Part shown: piece after piece, positions 28,348-38,500 of the stretch
How positions within the stretch are numbered: the first letter of the stretch is position 1
Layout: the number at the start of each line of letters is the position of its first letter
Origin: Chlamydiota bacterium
Lineage (GTDB): Bacteria > Chlamydiota > Chlamydiia > Chlamydiales > SM23-39
Reading direction: 5' to 3'
DNA length: 64,000 bases
NCBI GenBank assembly: GCA_038534095.1
Contig: JBCAXK010000003.1
Span: 6,609-70,608, forward strand
Notes under the pieces: generated by a model
The model's database searches: none
Seen by the model: only the letters and a program-made list of their open reading frames with translations
What the model was told of the DNA's origin: nothing
Position numbers and translations under genes: made by a program

Positions 28348-30375
28348 TTATTCGATCACTTGCGTTGTAGCAACGTTCTTTGCAGAGGAATTGTGGTAGG
28401 TTTCCCACATACTTTGGAAAGGTAGACAGTTTTCTAATAGATAGGATTTTGTCCCTTGGGCGAGAATGCGCCCTTCATCGAGATAGATGATATGATCTGC
28501 GTGGTCAATGGTAGATAGGCGGTGAGCAATGATGATCTGCGTCACCGATCCTTGCAGCTGAAGAAGCGCTTGTTTGATTTTTTCCTCGCTAATCGAGTCT
28601 AAAGATGAAGTCGCCTCATCAAGAACCAAGATGGGGCATTTTTGCAGAAGAGCTCTAGCAATCGCCAATCTTTGTTGTTCTCCTCCAGAAAGACTTTTCC
28701 CTTGCTCTGATAAACGGGTGTAGTACCCTTGAGGCAATTTTTCAATAAATTCATCAGCAAAAGCAGATTTTGCCGCTGCTATCACCTCTTGCTTGCTTGC
28801 CTTTCTACCAATTTTGATGTTATTGATCACCGTATCGTAAAACAGAAAAGGTTTTTGAGGAACAAAGGCAATCAGATCTCGCAAAGACTGCTGCGTGACT
28901 CCGGTCACATCCAATCCATCAATAAGAATTTTCCCTTCGTTGACATCGTACAATCTAGGCATCAGCTGAGCAATGGTCGATTTTCCTGCCCCTGTTGGTC
29001 CTACAAGAGCGATCGTTTGTCCCTTTTTGATCGAAAAGTTGATGTTATGGAGCACTCTATGCTTTTGATAGGAAAAAGATACATTTTGAAAGGTCAACTC
29101 TTGATGAAATGCGCGCAGTGTTTTTGCCCCTTTTTGATCGACCATTTCGGGCACTTTATTCAAAACATCAAACATTCTTTCTGCGGCTACCACCCCTCGT
29201 TGAATATTGGCATTTTCTTCGGAAAATTTTTTTACAGGCTCATAAAACATATGCAAAAAACCGCAAAATACGATCAATTCGGCGACGCTCATACCAAGAA
29301 TGTGCAAACCAAATAGCGCAACAATAGCAAGACAAGTCGTTGTCACAGTATGGAGGAAAGGGCGCGTTAAGAGGCTATATTTTGCGCTTTTACTCTCCAA
29401 GTGGGCCATATGCTGGTTCTGCTCTTGGTATTTTTCTAACGCAAAGCTCTCCATAGAAAAGATCTTGACCGTTTGGATCCCCGACAAAAAATCGAGAAGA
29501 ACGGAAGTGAACGTTTCTTGATTTTTTTGCAGTTCTCTTGCTACCCCTTTCACTTTACGCGTCAAAATCCATACGGGAAAAATGATCAACGGAAGCGCTA
29601 CAAAAATGATGAATGAAAGCTGCCAACTAAAACAAACACAGGCAATCAAGGTCGAAATTAAGACAAATGGGGTTTGAATATAATTGGTCAAACAAGAATT
29701 GATGGATCCTGCAATTTGACCAGCATCTCCTACGGCTCTCGAGCTTAAAGATCCGACGTTATACTCTTGATAAAAACGAAATGGCAATGATTGAATGTGC
29801 TCAAAATATTGCATACGAAGATCTCTTGTCAAACGGATCGAAAGAAGCTGAGTTGTAAACCTTGAGGAAAATAGCATAAGCGCTTTAAAAAAGGCGATGC
29901 CCACAAGAAGGACAATAAATCTATGGAAACTTTTTTCAATATCCAACTTTCTTGAAAGAAAATGGACAATGCGCGTGAAAATTTTCCCTTCTTTCTTACT
30001 GGCTATGTACGTTTTTGCATCTTTTTTCGATAAAACTCCCGGGGTTTCCTTAGGGATTTTCCGCCACTTATCGAGAAGCTCCTCTTCGGTGACCTGCTCA
30101 GCCGGATGCAAATACCCCCCTTTTTCATGACCAAATACTGTGAAAAAATCTTGACCCGTATTTGCAAGGAGTCCAAGAGCGATCATTTCTGCGTGATTAG
30201 CTACCGTTAGAAAGAGTAGATTGATCAAAGTAATCAGGGTTAACAAGGCGTGGCGACTATTGCGCATTGCTATTTTGAGTAATAGCTTCATGTTTCGTGG
30301 CTTCCCATTTGTGAAGAAACTAACAAGATTCTTCGAAAGATCCGATGCATCGAAATTTTTGGTATCTAGATGCAA
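28348..30375 (-). CDS. ABC transporter, fused permease/ATPase (MsbA-like lipid exporter)
   Basis: Six-TM exporter domain plus an NBD with Walker A GPTGAGKST, signature LSGGEQQRLAIARAL and Walker B ILVLDEATSSLD. An alternative start at Met29 (30291) would remove the overlap with accA. Confidence 0.9.
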   Translation of the reverse strand: MHLDTKNFDASDLSKNLVSFFTNGKPRNMKLLLKIAMRNSRHALLTLITLINLLFLTVANHAEMIALGLLANTGQDFFTVFGHEKGGYLHPAEQVTEEELLDKWRKIPKETPGVLSKKDAKTYIASKKEGKIFTRIVHFLSRKLDIEKSFHRFIVLLVGIAFFKALMLFSSRFTTQLLSIRLTRDLRMQYFEHIQSLPFRFYQEYNVGSLSSRAVGDAGQIAGSINSCLTNYIQTPFVLISTLIACVCFSWQLSFIIFVALPLIIFPVWILTRKVKGVARELQKNQETFTSVLLDFLSGIQTVKIFSMESFALEKYQEQNQHMAHLESKSAKYSLLTRPFLHTVTTTCLAIVALFGLHILGMSVAELIVFCGFLHMFYEPVKKFSEENANIQRGVVAAERMFDVLNKVPEMVDQKGAKTLRAFHQELTFQNVSFSYQKHRVLHNINFSIKKGQTIALVGPTGAGKSTIAQLMPRLYDVNEGKILIDGLDVTGVTQQSLRDLIAFVPQKPFLFYDTVINNIKIGRKASKQEVIAAAKSAFADEFIEKLPQGYYTRLSEQGKSLSGGEQQRLAIARALLQKCPILVLDEATSSLDSISEEKIKQALLQLQGSVTQIIIAHRLSTIDHADHIIYLDEGRILAQGTKSYLLENCLPFQSMWETYHNSSAKNVATTQVIE

Positions 30376-31267
30376 TCAATTCGTCTTTGTCTCGGTTGTT
30401 CAGCTTCTTATAGGATTGTACGATAAAGGTTTTAACATTGTCATAGGTTTTTTTGGGGTTGTGGTGAGCGCCCCCCAAAGGTTCTGAGATGATCTGATCA
30501 ATCACCTTGTACTCAAAGAGATCTTCTGCGTGCAACTTGAGCTTTTCTGCTGCTTTGGCAGATTGCGCAACATCTTGCCATAAAATCGCTGCGCACCCCT
30601 CAGGAGAAATCACAGAATAGTAGGAATGCTCAAGCATTCCAATGCAGTCTCCAATCCCAATACCTAAAGCCCCTCCAGAGCAGCCTTCTCCGATGAGCAC
30701 AACAATGACAGGCACGGTTAAGCCCGCCATTTCAAAGAGATTCTGGGCAATCGCCCAACCTTGCCCCCGTTCTTCTGCGCTAAGCCCTGGATACGCTCCT
30801 GGAGTATCGATGAAAGAGACGATTGGGATGCCAAATTTTTCCGCCAGTTTCATGCCTCGAAGAGCTTTGCGGTACCCTTCTGGATGAGGCATACCAAAGT
30901 TCCTCATGATTCTTGTATCGAGATCCTTGCCTTTTTCTTGACCAAGCACAAAAAAGGGCTGCTTCCCTAAATAAGCGCAACCCATGATCATGGCGCGATC
31001 ATCGGCGTACTGACGGTCTCCATGAAGAGGAACAAACTCTTGAAATACATGACGAATATAATCGGAAGCATGGGGACGTTTTGGATGACGACAGATTTGA
31101 ATACGGTCCCAAGAAGAGAGCTTTCCGTACACTTTTTTCTTGAGATTCTGGAGCTTTTTTTCTAAAGAGGCGATCTCTTTCTCGGCCCAAACTTCCTTCT
31201 GATCTCGGAGTTTTTGTAACGTATCTTCATATTCATAAATTTGCTTTTCGTGAGGTAGAATCGTCAT
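30320..31267 (-). CDS. accA: acetyl-CoA carboxylase carboxyltransferase alpha subunit
   Basis: ICRHPKRPHASDYI and FIDTPGAYPGLSAEERGQ blocks. Start taken at MTILPHEKQ (ATG at 31265-31267), which is preceded by AAGGAG. Confidence 0.92.
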   Translation of the reverse strand: MTILPHEKQIYEYEDTLQKLRDQKEVWAEKEIASLEKKLQNLKKKVYGKLSSWDRIQICRHPKRPHASDYIRHVFQEFVPLHGDRQYADDRAMIMGCAYLGKQPFFVLGQEKGKDLDTRIMRNFGMPHPEGYRKALRGMKLAEKFGIPIVSFIDTPGAYPGLSAEERGQGWAIAQNLFEMAGLTVPVIVVLIGEGCSGGALGIGIGDCIGMLEHSYYSVISPEGCAAILWQDVAQSAKAAEKLKLHAEDLFEYKVIDQIISEPLGGAHHNPKKTYDNVKTFIVQSYKKLNNRDKDELIASRYQKFRCIGSFEESC

Positions 31268-31268
31268 G

Positions 31269-32243
31269 TTACTCTCCTTGCTCGCTTCCTGGAAGATCGG
31301 CGTCATGAAAATCGCTGACTACATGGACAAAGGTGGGTTTTGTGATCACAATAGCAAACAGCTCTTCTATATCAGAGGAGGCAAGGCGAATGCATCCATC
31401 ACTATCGTATTTTTGAATGTGGGTCGTGTCTTCAACAAAGCTCCCCCCTTCTGCAGAGGTCCAAGGGGAACCATGAATGCCATACCCCTTCGGATTTTCT
31501 GCGTCTTCACTCAACGCCTTTTCAAACGGCATCCAGCGAGTACCAAAAATCTGGATCATTTCCACTTTTTGTTCCTGAAAATAGCCCATGATCCCTGGTT
31601 TGTAGATAGCCACTTTATCTCCAATTTGATAACTACCTAAAGGCGTTAAGCAGCCCGAACGACTGTCTGGATCTTTTCTTCCTAACCCAACGGGGTAGGT
31701 TTTTAAAAGAACGCGCTCTTGCACATCAACATCTACATAATAGAACCACATTTTGGAGCGAGACACATCGACAAGTAAATGAAACTCGATGTTTTTGTCA
31801 GGAGCAAATACATTCAAACGGTCCCCTGGCGCCACATTTTGTGTAGAGTAGTCTTTTGATCCGCGCAAACTACGCGCAATGAAGTGGCGTGAAGTTTTGT
31901 AGTGTGACGCGTAATCAGAAATCCAAGCGCACCTCCCCTCAAGCCAAGGAACGCGGCTTGTATAGGTGATGGTTTCCACAATAGGCAACTTTGAAGAATC
32001 CAGCGCAAATAGCCGATCGATCTGATCTTTTTCGGGTAAAAGGGCCTCTTGTTTTACGGCCACTTTAGAGAGATCTGGCGCAGGAGCGGGAGGCAAGGGA
32101 ACTTCCCGATCGATCAGGACAATTTCTTCCACCAAAGAGTCTTTTTGCGGCTTCACTTCTGGTTTTTTCTGGAAAAACGAGAGCACAATGATGAAGAAAA
32201 AAAGCGAACAAGTACCTAAAAGTAAGAACCTTGGAAATTTCAT
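31269..32243 (-). CDS. L,D-transpeptidase (YkuD domain), membrane-anchored
   Basis: N-terminal TM (FLLLGTCSLFFFIIVLSFF) and a YkuD catalytic region (GYGIHGSPW...YDSDGCIRLASSDIEELF). Confidence 0.8.
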   Translation of the reverse strand: MKFPRFLLLGTCSLFFFIIVLSFFQKKPEVKPQKDSLVEEIVLIDREVPLPPAPAPDLSKVAVKQEALLPEKDQIDRLFALDSSKLPIVETITYTSRVPWLEGRCAWISDYASHYKTSRHFIARSLRGSKDYSTQNVAPGDRLNVFAPDKNIEFHLLVDVSRSKMWFYYVDVDVQERVLLKTYPVGLGRKDPDSRSGCLTPLGSYQIGDKVAIYKPGIMGYFQEQKVEMIQIFGTRWMPFEKALSEDAENPKGYGIHGSPWTSAEGGSFVEDTTHIQKYDSDGCIRLASSDIEELFAIVITKPTFVHVVSDFHDADLPGSEQGE

Positions 32244-32495
32244 AACAAGAACACCTTTTGCCGATCTTAATTAACTATTATTGAGAAAAAGTGCTTATTT
32301 TTCAATCAGGAAGGTAGATAAAAAGTGCAATTTTTAAAAAACAAAGAATCAAAAACTTACGTATTTTTATTAAGAAAATTAAAAAAAATATTTAATAATA
32401 ATAAATTATATAATTGAATTAAAATATCCTTTATTAATATAATCTAATTAAACCGAATTTTACTAATAATAATTTTATTAAAAAATTGAGGCAAC

Positions 32496-33221
32496 GTGAC
32501 CAGTTTAAGAAATATCGATCAGAGTCCAAAGATACATGCTCATTTACCAAAAACCAATCACCAAAGAAAGCCCTCTTTAGCTCTACATGTGAAAACAATT
32601 CTTACTCAAAGAACAGCTTTTTCGGCAACAACACCTCATACGCTCTATTTACTCCGAAAAAAACTCGAAAAAGTACCCCACACCCCACATTTAGCAAAAC
32701 TTGTCCTCAGGACATTATCAGGATCGATCCAAGAAAACCGCCCAGAAATTTTTCAAAACATTTTTCATCTTCTCAGCATAAAGCGCACCATGCTTCCCGA
32801 TTTTCAAAGCCAACCTTTGGTTAGCAAGACAGACCTTTATCATCTATTTAGGGCGATAGAAGGGAAGAATCTACCGAACTTTGTGCAGCTTTTTCTCAAT
32901 TCTTATTACGCAAGCACCCTTTGTGACGAGGATGTTTTTACCTTTGTATTACAACTAAAAACAAGGCTGAAAGATCTGGATTTAACCACCATTTTTGATT
33001 CTAAAAGGGTTTTATGCCTTCCAGATCATTTCCAAAATACTTTGCATAGGGCAATACAAAATACTGCCCAAAAAAAAGAAGATCAATTTTTTTCAGAAGC
33101 TTTAGCTCGCCAAAATAGACAGAAAGAAAACCACTGTTTTACAGGGATTTTTGGACTCATCGCCATGGGATTTGCAAGTTGGACGATGTATCAGTACACC
33201 CAACTTTTTTTCGAGATATAA
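32496..33221 (+). CDS. hypothetical protein with a C-terminal TM segment
   Basis: 241-aa ORF with a GTG start, preceded by a ~220-nt extremely AT-rich tract. The N-terminus is basic and rich in Pro, His and Lys. There is a single hydrophobic helix near the C-terminus (FTGIFGLIAMGFASWTMY). Confidence 0.5.
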   Translation: MTSLRNIDQSPKIHAHLPKTNHQRKPSLALHVKTILTQRTAFSATTPHTLYLLRKKLEKVPHTPHLAKLVLRTLSGSIQENRPEIFQNIFHLLSIKRTMLPDFQSQPLVSKTDLYHLFRAIEGKNLPNFVQLFLNSYYASTLCDEDVFTFVLQLKTRLKDLDLTTIFDSKRVLCLPDHFQNTLHRAIQNTAQKKEDQFFSEALARQNRQKENHCFTGIFGLIAMGFASWTMYQYTQLFFEI

Positions 33222-33402
33222 AAGAATCCCTTCATGCTGTTCATTATTTTCCTCATGTAGAGCTGTACTAAAGACCGAAAAAATTCCTAACGCACTACTG
33301 AGTTAAGAGACGGGATTTATCATCTCTTATGATATGAGTGAAAGTTTAAAAAAAACCATCAAATTCTAAGAAAAAGTCGATCCTTGCAGAAAGTGGAGAA
33401 AT

Positions 33403-33711
33403 TTAAGAGAGAGGAGCGATTGGCTGCTGATCAATAACAAGCTTCATTTTTTTTCCAGGGGTGAACTTCACCGCTTTTCTAGCAGGAATGACAATAGGGA
33501 CAGAAGCATTTTTAGGGTTACGACCAATCTTTTTTTTCCGACAAACCACTTCAAACACGCCAAAGTCCCGAAACTCTAAACGATCTCCCTTAGATAAAGA
33601 ATCTGTCATTTCATCTAAAAAAGCTTGAATCACCCCACGGACATCATTTGGATGTAGTCCCTTCTTTTGTGAAATTTTCTGGATGAGCTTTTTTTTTGTT
33701 ACTGTAGACAT
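33403..33711 (-). CDS. HU/IHF-family DNA-binding protein
   Basis: 102 aa with GDRLEFRDFGVFEVVCRKKKIGRNPKNASVPIVIPARKAVKFTPGKKMK, the typical beta-arm with RNP. Confidence 0.88.
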   Translation of the reverse strand: MSTVTKKKLIQKISQKKGLHPNDVRGVIQAFLDEMTDSLSKGDRLEFRDFGVFEVVCRKKKIGRNPKNASVPIVIPARKAVKFTPGKKMKLVIDQQPIAPLS

Positions 33712-33810
33712 CCAAGACTCCTTATTGCAGTTTGACTATATCGCAATTCTCTTATCTTAGGGAATTTCCGACAAGAGCTTTTTGGAGTAAATTTTGGGAA
33801 TAAGAATCCT

Positions 33811-35079
33811 CTATCTAGCAGAATCAATCCGGACAAGGATACGATTTTTTTTCCCTGAAGATAGTAAAACAAATGTTCCGCCAATAACATCGGTATCTGA
33901 AAAAACGTAATACGGATCTTGGATACGTTGGTTATTGATGTAGGCTCCCCCGTTTTTCACCAATCTTGTCGCTTCAGATTTACTAGACACAAGACCAATC
34001 TTGAGAGCAACGTCAGAAAACTTTTCTGCAACAATGGAAGAAACAACAGCAGAAGGAATATCTTGAGCGATTTCTTCAAGTTCCTCTTTGCTTAAGCGAG
34101 CTTCAGTTCCTGGCCTAGCCGTCTTGGTCACTTTTAGCGCTTTTTCTAGCCCCTCTTTTTGATGAACAAATCTTGTGAGCTCTTCAGCTAAGCGGCGTTG
34201 CGCTTGATTCGGTAAATAAGAAGAGCTCTTCATTTCTTGTTCTAACTGATGGATTTCTTCAATAGGAAGGAACGTTAGCATTTTCAACAAACGGATCACA
34301 TCTTGATCGGTTGTTTTCATGATGCTTTGATAAAACTCGTAGGGGGACATCCGTTTAGAATCCAACCAAATAGCGCCTTTTTCTGTTTTACCCAGCTTAT
34401 TCCCATGAGCATCTGTCAGTAATGGAAAAGTGAGGGCGTAAGCCTCTTCTTGTCTTTTTTTCCGAATGAAATCAATACCTGCTGTCATATTGCCCCATTG
34501 ATCAGATCCCCCAATCTGCAAAGAAACCCCTTTTGAAAAAAGCTCGTGAAAATCGTTTGCTTGCAGCACTTGATAGCTAAACTCACAAAAACTCATCCCT
34601 TCTTCCGACTCTAGACGAGCTTTCACACTCTCCTTCCCGAGCATAGGACCTAATCGAAAATACTTGCCGATATCGCGTAAAAAATCGATGGCGCTCAAAC
34701 GAAAAAACCAATCGTAATTATTCACAATAACAGGAGAAATGTCTGCTGTTTCTGAGGAAAATATCTTGGATAAAAAAGAGAGTATCTGGGCTGTATTATC
34801 TTCAACAGTTGCTTGGGAAATGGTGGTTCTTTCTGTTTTTTTTCCAGAAGGATCACCGATCAAAGCAGTAGCGCCGCCGACCAAAATATAGGGTTTATGC
34901 CCATAGTTTTGCAGAGCTTTTGCAACGATAATTCCTAACAGATTGCCCAAATGCAGGCTATCGGCTGTAGGATCAAAACCGATATAAAAAGATCGAGGAG
35001 TCGTTAGAAAGGCGCGTAAATTCTCACTGCTTTTCCTTTCAATGAGATCTCTTTCTTCTAAGTAATCAATTGCAGACAT
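33811..35079 (-). CDS. tyrS: tyrosine--tRNA ligase
   Basis: HIGH-type motif (DSLHLGNLLG), KMSKS-type motif (NKLGKTEKG) and a C-terminal S4 domain. Start taken at MSAIDYLEERDLI (35079) rather than the upstream ORF start. Confidence 0.92.
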   Translation of the reverse strand: MSAIDYLEERDLIERKSSENLRAFLTTPRSFYIGFDPTADSLHLGNLLGIIVAKALQNYGHKPYILVGGATALIGDPSGKKTERTTISQATVEDNTAQILSFLSKIFSSETADISPVIVNNYDWFFRLSAIDFLRDIGKYFRLGPMLGKESVKARLESEEGMSFCEFSYQVLQANDFHELFSKGVSLQIGGSDQWGNMTAGIDFIRKKRQEEAYALTFPLLTDAHGNKLGKTEKGAIWLDSKRMSPYEFYQSIMKTTDQDVIRLLKMLTFLPIEEIHQLEQEMKSSSYLPNQAQRRLAEELTRFVHQKEGLEKALKVTKTARPGTEARLSKEELEEIAQDIPSAVVSSIVAEKFSDVALKIGLVSSKSEATRLVKNGGAYINNQRIQDPYYVFSDTDVIGGTFVLLSSGKKNRILVRIDSAR

Positions 35080-35469
35080 ACAAAACATAGTAAAAAAAAA
35101 CAGGGTTTCAAGCAAGAAAAGCTGCTCTCTTTTTCCAGGCATATCGGCCTGCGATCTCAATATTCTAGTGGGCCGCAGAATCATTAGGCAACTTCCTAAA
35201 AAAAGAGACTAATCGACCAGAAAACAAGGGTTGCAAACAAGCTCTCTTACGCAAGACTTCTTGCAATAGAGCGTAAAATAGCCGTTTTTTACTTAAGTTG
35301 ACGGCGTTTCTGAAAGCATATGATAGCCAAGTAATCATCTAGTGCTACTCATGTTGAACTTTTGCAAGCATAATTTCAGATCTCTAATTATACAAAGCAT
35401 GTCTTTACGATGATTTCCACGAAATAGCTTTTAAAAATATGCGAAATAAATCTAAACTAGCTATCATCT

Positions 35470-35499
35470 CAATTTTTTAAGAATCAATTTTTTAAGAAT
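35470..35499. repeat. perfect tandem duplication of the 15-mer caattttttaagaat
   Basis: Unit 1 at 35470-35484 and unit 2 at 35485-35499, ending 66 nt upstream of the 1201-aa ORF start. Confidence 0.9.
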
Positions 35500-35565
35500 A
35501 TCTTACGTATTTTTCCAAAAATTGAAGACAATCACCGAAAACTATTTATTAGGGATGTATTACTC

Positions 35566-38500
35566 ATGTCCGCTCTTCAATGTGTTAAACAAACAATGGA
35601 AATCGATTATTCTGCCATGTCGGCAGAAGAAAAGGCAGATAGTAAACTAATCAGCAGAATCAAAAGGTCTGTTAAGGCTATGAATCTGGTCGGCTCAGAA
35701 GGTAAGAAGTCGAAGCTCGCTAAAAGAATGATATCCCTTTGTAACGAACATGAACACAACATGGCCTCTTTTAAAGCAGCGATTGAGCACTTACCTTGGC
35801 CAGGTGCGCCAGACCAAAGATCAACGCTATTCCTCCTGAAAGAAGCCTTTATTATCGAGAAACACCCGAATAGAATGGACTTTTTAAAGAAATATGGAGG
35901 GATTCCTTGGTGTCAAAAAAACGGGCCTGATTTCGAAGCTTACGATTATCTTGTAAACATACTAGTCTCTAATGATAATAATGATGATTATTACGAATTA
36001 CGTTCAGTGCTCTCTTCCTTTCTCTCTCATTCAATCGAGAAAGAGATTTCCAAAGAAATACTTCAACGCCGTTTTATGAAGAAAATCTTAAAAGCTTACG
36101 AGGAACCAGATCGGTCTATTGATAACAAACAGGATTGGATTGGAGAAAATACATACACCCCAGATGAATGGATGGTTGCGACAGCTATTTTCCACGAAAA
36201 TATTTATCTTGCAAAAAAGTGGATAAAGGCTTGTACCTCTCGTGGTGATTCCTATGCTATCGCCCACTTTGCAGTACAAAAAGCCTTTGAAAATGACCGA
36301 TGGGATTTAGCTAACGAATTCTTTGAGGAAAACATACCAAAACAAGCTTCTAACAGAGAACAATTCCTAAAGACTGGCTTTGAAAAAGCTTTCCTCAATC
36401 ATTGTTCGGATCAAAGTCTTATCATCAACTTTTATTTTCAAAAACTGGAGCCATCGTCCTGGATGAAAAAATCTCAATGGGATGCTAGTAAATGGGTCGT
36501 AGACAAGCTCACCGATACTCACTACCCTATCGCTGATCGGACTGAACTCCTAATGAGCTTTTTACAAGGTCGTGAAAGAATGGTAGAGAACAAATCATCA
36601 CCAATGAACAGTTTGCTAACAGTTACAGTGAACAACATTTTGAAAACCCAAGATTGCAAAGAAATTTTTCGCAGATTATTGGATCGCTACATGCCTACAT
36701 CCCTTGCTCTCAAAAAGCGAGTTGGTCCGGAGTTTATCGACTATTTTATTGACATTTCTTACGGAATAGCAACTACAAAAAACGTAGACAATATCCTATT
36801 TTATCTAAATGGGAATGAAGATCGACTATTTGGAAAGGAAACTTTGTTGAAGGGGGTAATAAGACGACTTACAGAAAATAACAAAAAAGCCTTTGCAAAA
36901 AGATTATTCAATAAATACAAATCCCGACCTTATCCCAATATAAAAGAAGGTTCGTACGCAGAGTACTCTCTTCTTTTTATCCACCATATTTGCCAATATA
37001 AAAAAGATTGGATCGAGTTTCTCTTTGGGAACGAAGATGAAAAGTTTGGCAGAGATATTTCTTTACTAGTTGAATCAATAAAGCGTGCTGTTAATTTTGG
37101 CGCCATAAATTTTCTCATCAAACTATTGAAAATGTACGGAAATAATGTTTTTATCCCAAAAGACTCCGATACTGAGTCTTCTTATGGAAAATTGATTGTG
37201 AAGCAGCATTTATCGAAAGGAAAAGTTCTTAATTTGCTCAAAATTTTAGAAGGAATTGAACAAGTTCATCGGGAAACATTATTACAAATCATTATCGATG
37301 AAGCCTTTTTTGAAAAAGCGGAAGATCTGATCGAGGGTCTATGGAAAAAGTATCGTCACTTAAACATACCTTCAGAAAGACTTTTATTAAACATACCTCC
37401 AAAAAGACTTGTAAAAGCATCTTATGGATCTTACATGGTCTTGAAAGGTTTTATCTGCGAAAATTATCGATTTTTAACTACATGTATAGACAGCTGTACC
37501 GAACATGTTTGGTTTCAGGGCAAGAAAATTACGGTAGCTGAGCTTATTGCTAAATCATCGATAGAAAATCATTGTAAAAATTTTTTCCAAAAGTGCTTGA
37601 TAGAATATGATAAAAAACGTTCTAAATTCAGTAAGAAACACCGAGAATACCGATTAGTGTGTAGAATTTTCCATCGCGCGTTAATGGAAAAACATGAGGA
37701 ATTTCTTAAGCTCTTTAAAACGACCTTGCTGTCGATAAAGGAAGACCTGGGCTCACTTTTCTTATATACCTTACAGGCAGTTATAACACTTTTGGCAAAA
37801 GCATCTCCTACAGGGAAGATCGATAAAGCAGCACAAGAGATCTTAGAGCTGACGATTTCCCACGCAGCGACTGGAAGTGATCATCTATTTAAAGAGATTT
37901 GCTCGAAATTTTCGAAAGAAAAATATAGTGATACATTGCAAATAAAACATGTATTACTTGATTACTGCGTGGAACAAAACGCTAATCAAAGGGCAAAAAT
38001 GCTGATACAAAAACATAGGGACGACCGCTCACAAGTAATCCAAGACGAGGGGGGCGCCTTCTCATGGAATTTTGTCTCTTTAGCGATTGTTTTTGCGATA
38101 AAACATCGCAATGAAGATGTGCTCAATGATTGCCTTACCAAATATAAAGATCATCTTTGGGAAAAAGTTGGAGGTACTAGTTCTATGGGCGCCTTTGCAA
38201 TTGAAACAGCAATACAATATCACTACAACACTTTTGTGATGAAAAAATGCAATAAGAATTTAAACAATTCACAAACTAGAGAAAAGACGCTCAATTGCGT
38301 ATGGAGACTAGCAAATAAATATTCCAATCGAGCGCTCATGCTCGAGCTATTCAACCGTTATCGAAAGTACATTCCGGAAGAAAGGCTTTATCAGCTAATT
38401 AGTTCTTACATGCGCTCTGCCAGTAACATGCTTTTAATGTCTAAAGATATTCTTGAGTATAACCGAGAAATCCGAGAACTTCGGACATCTATTTTCAACC

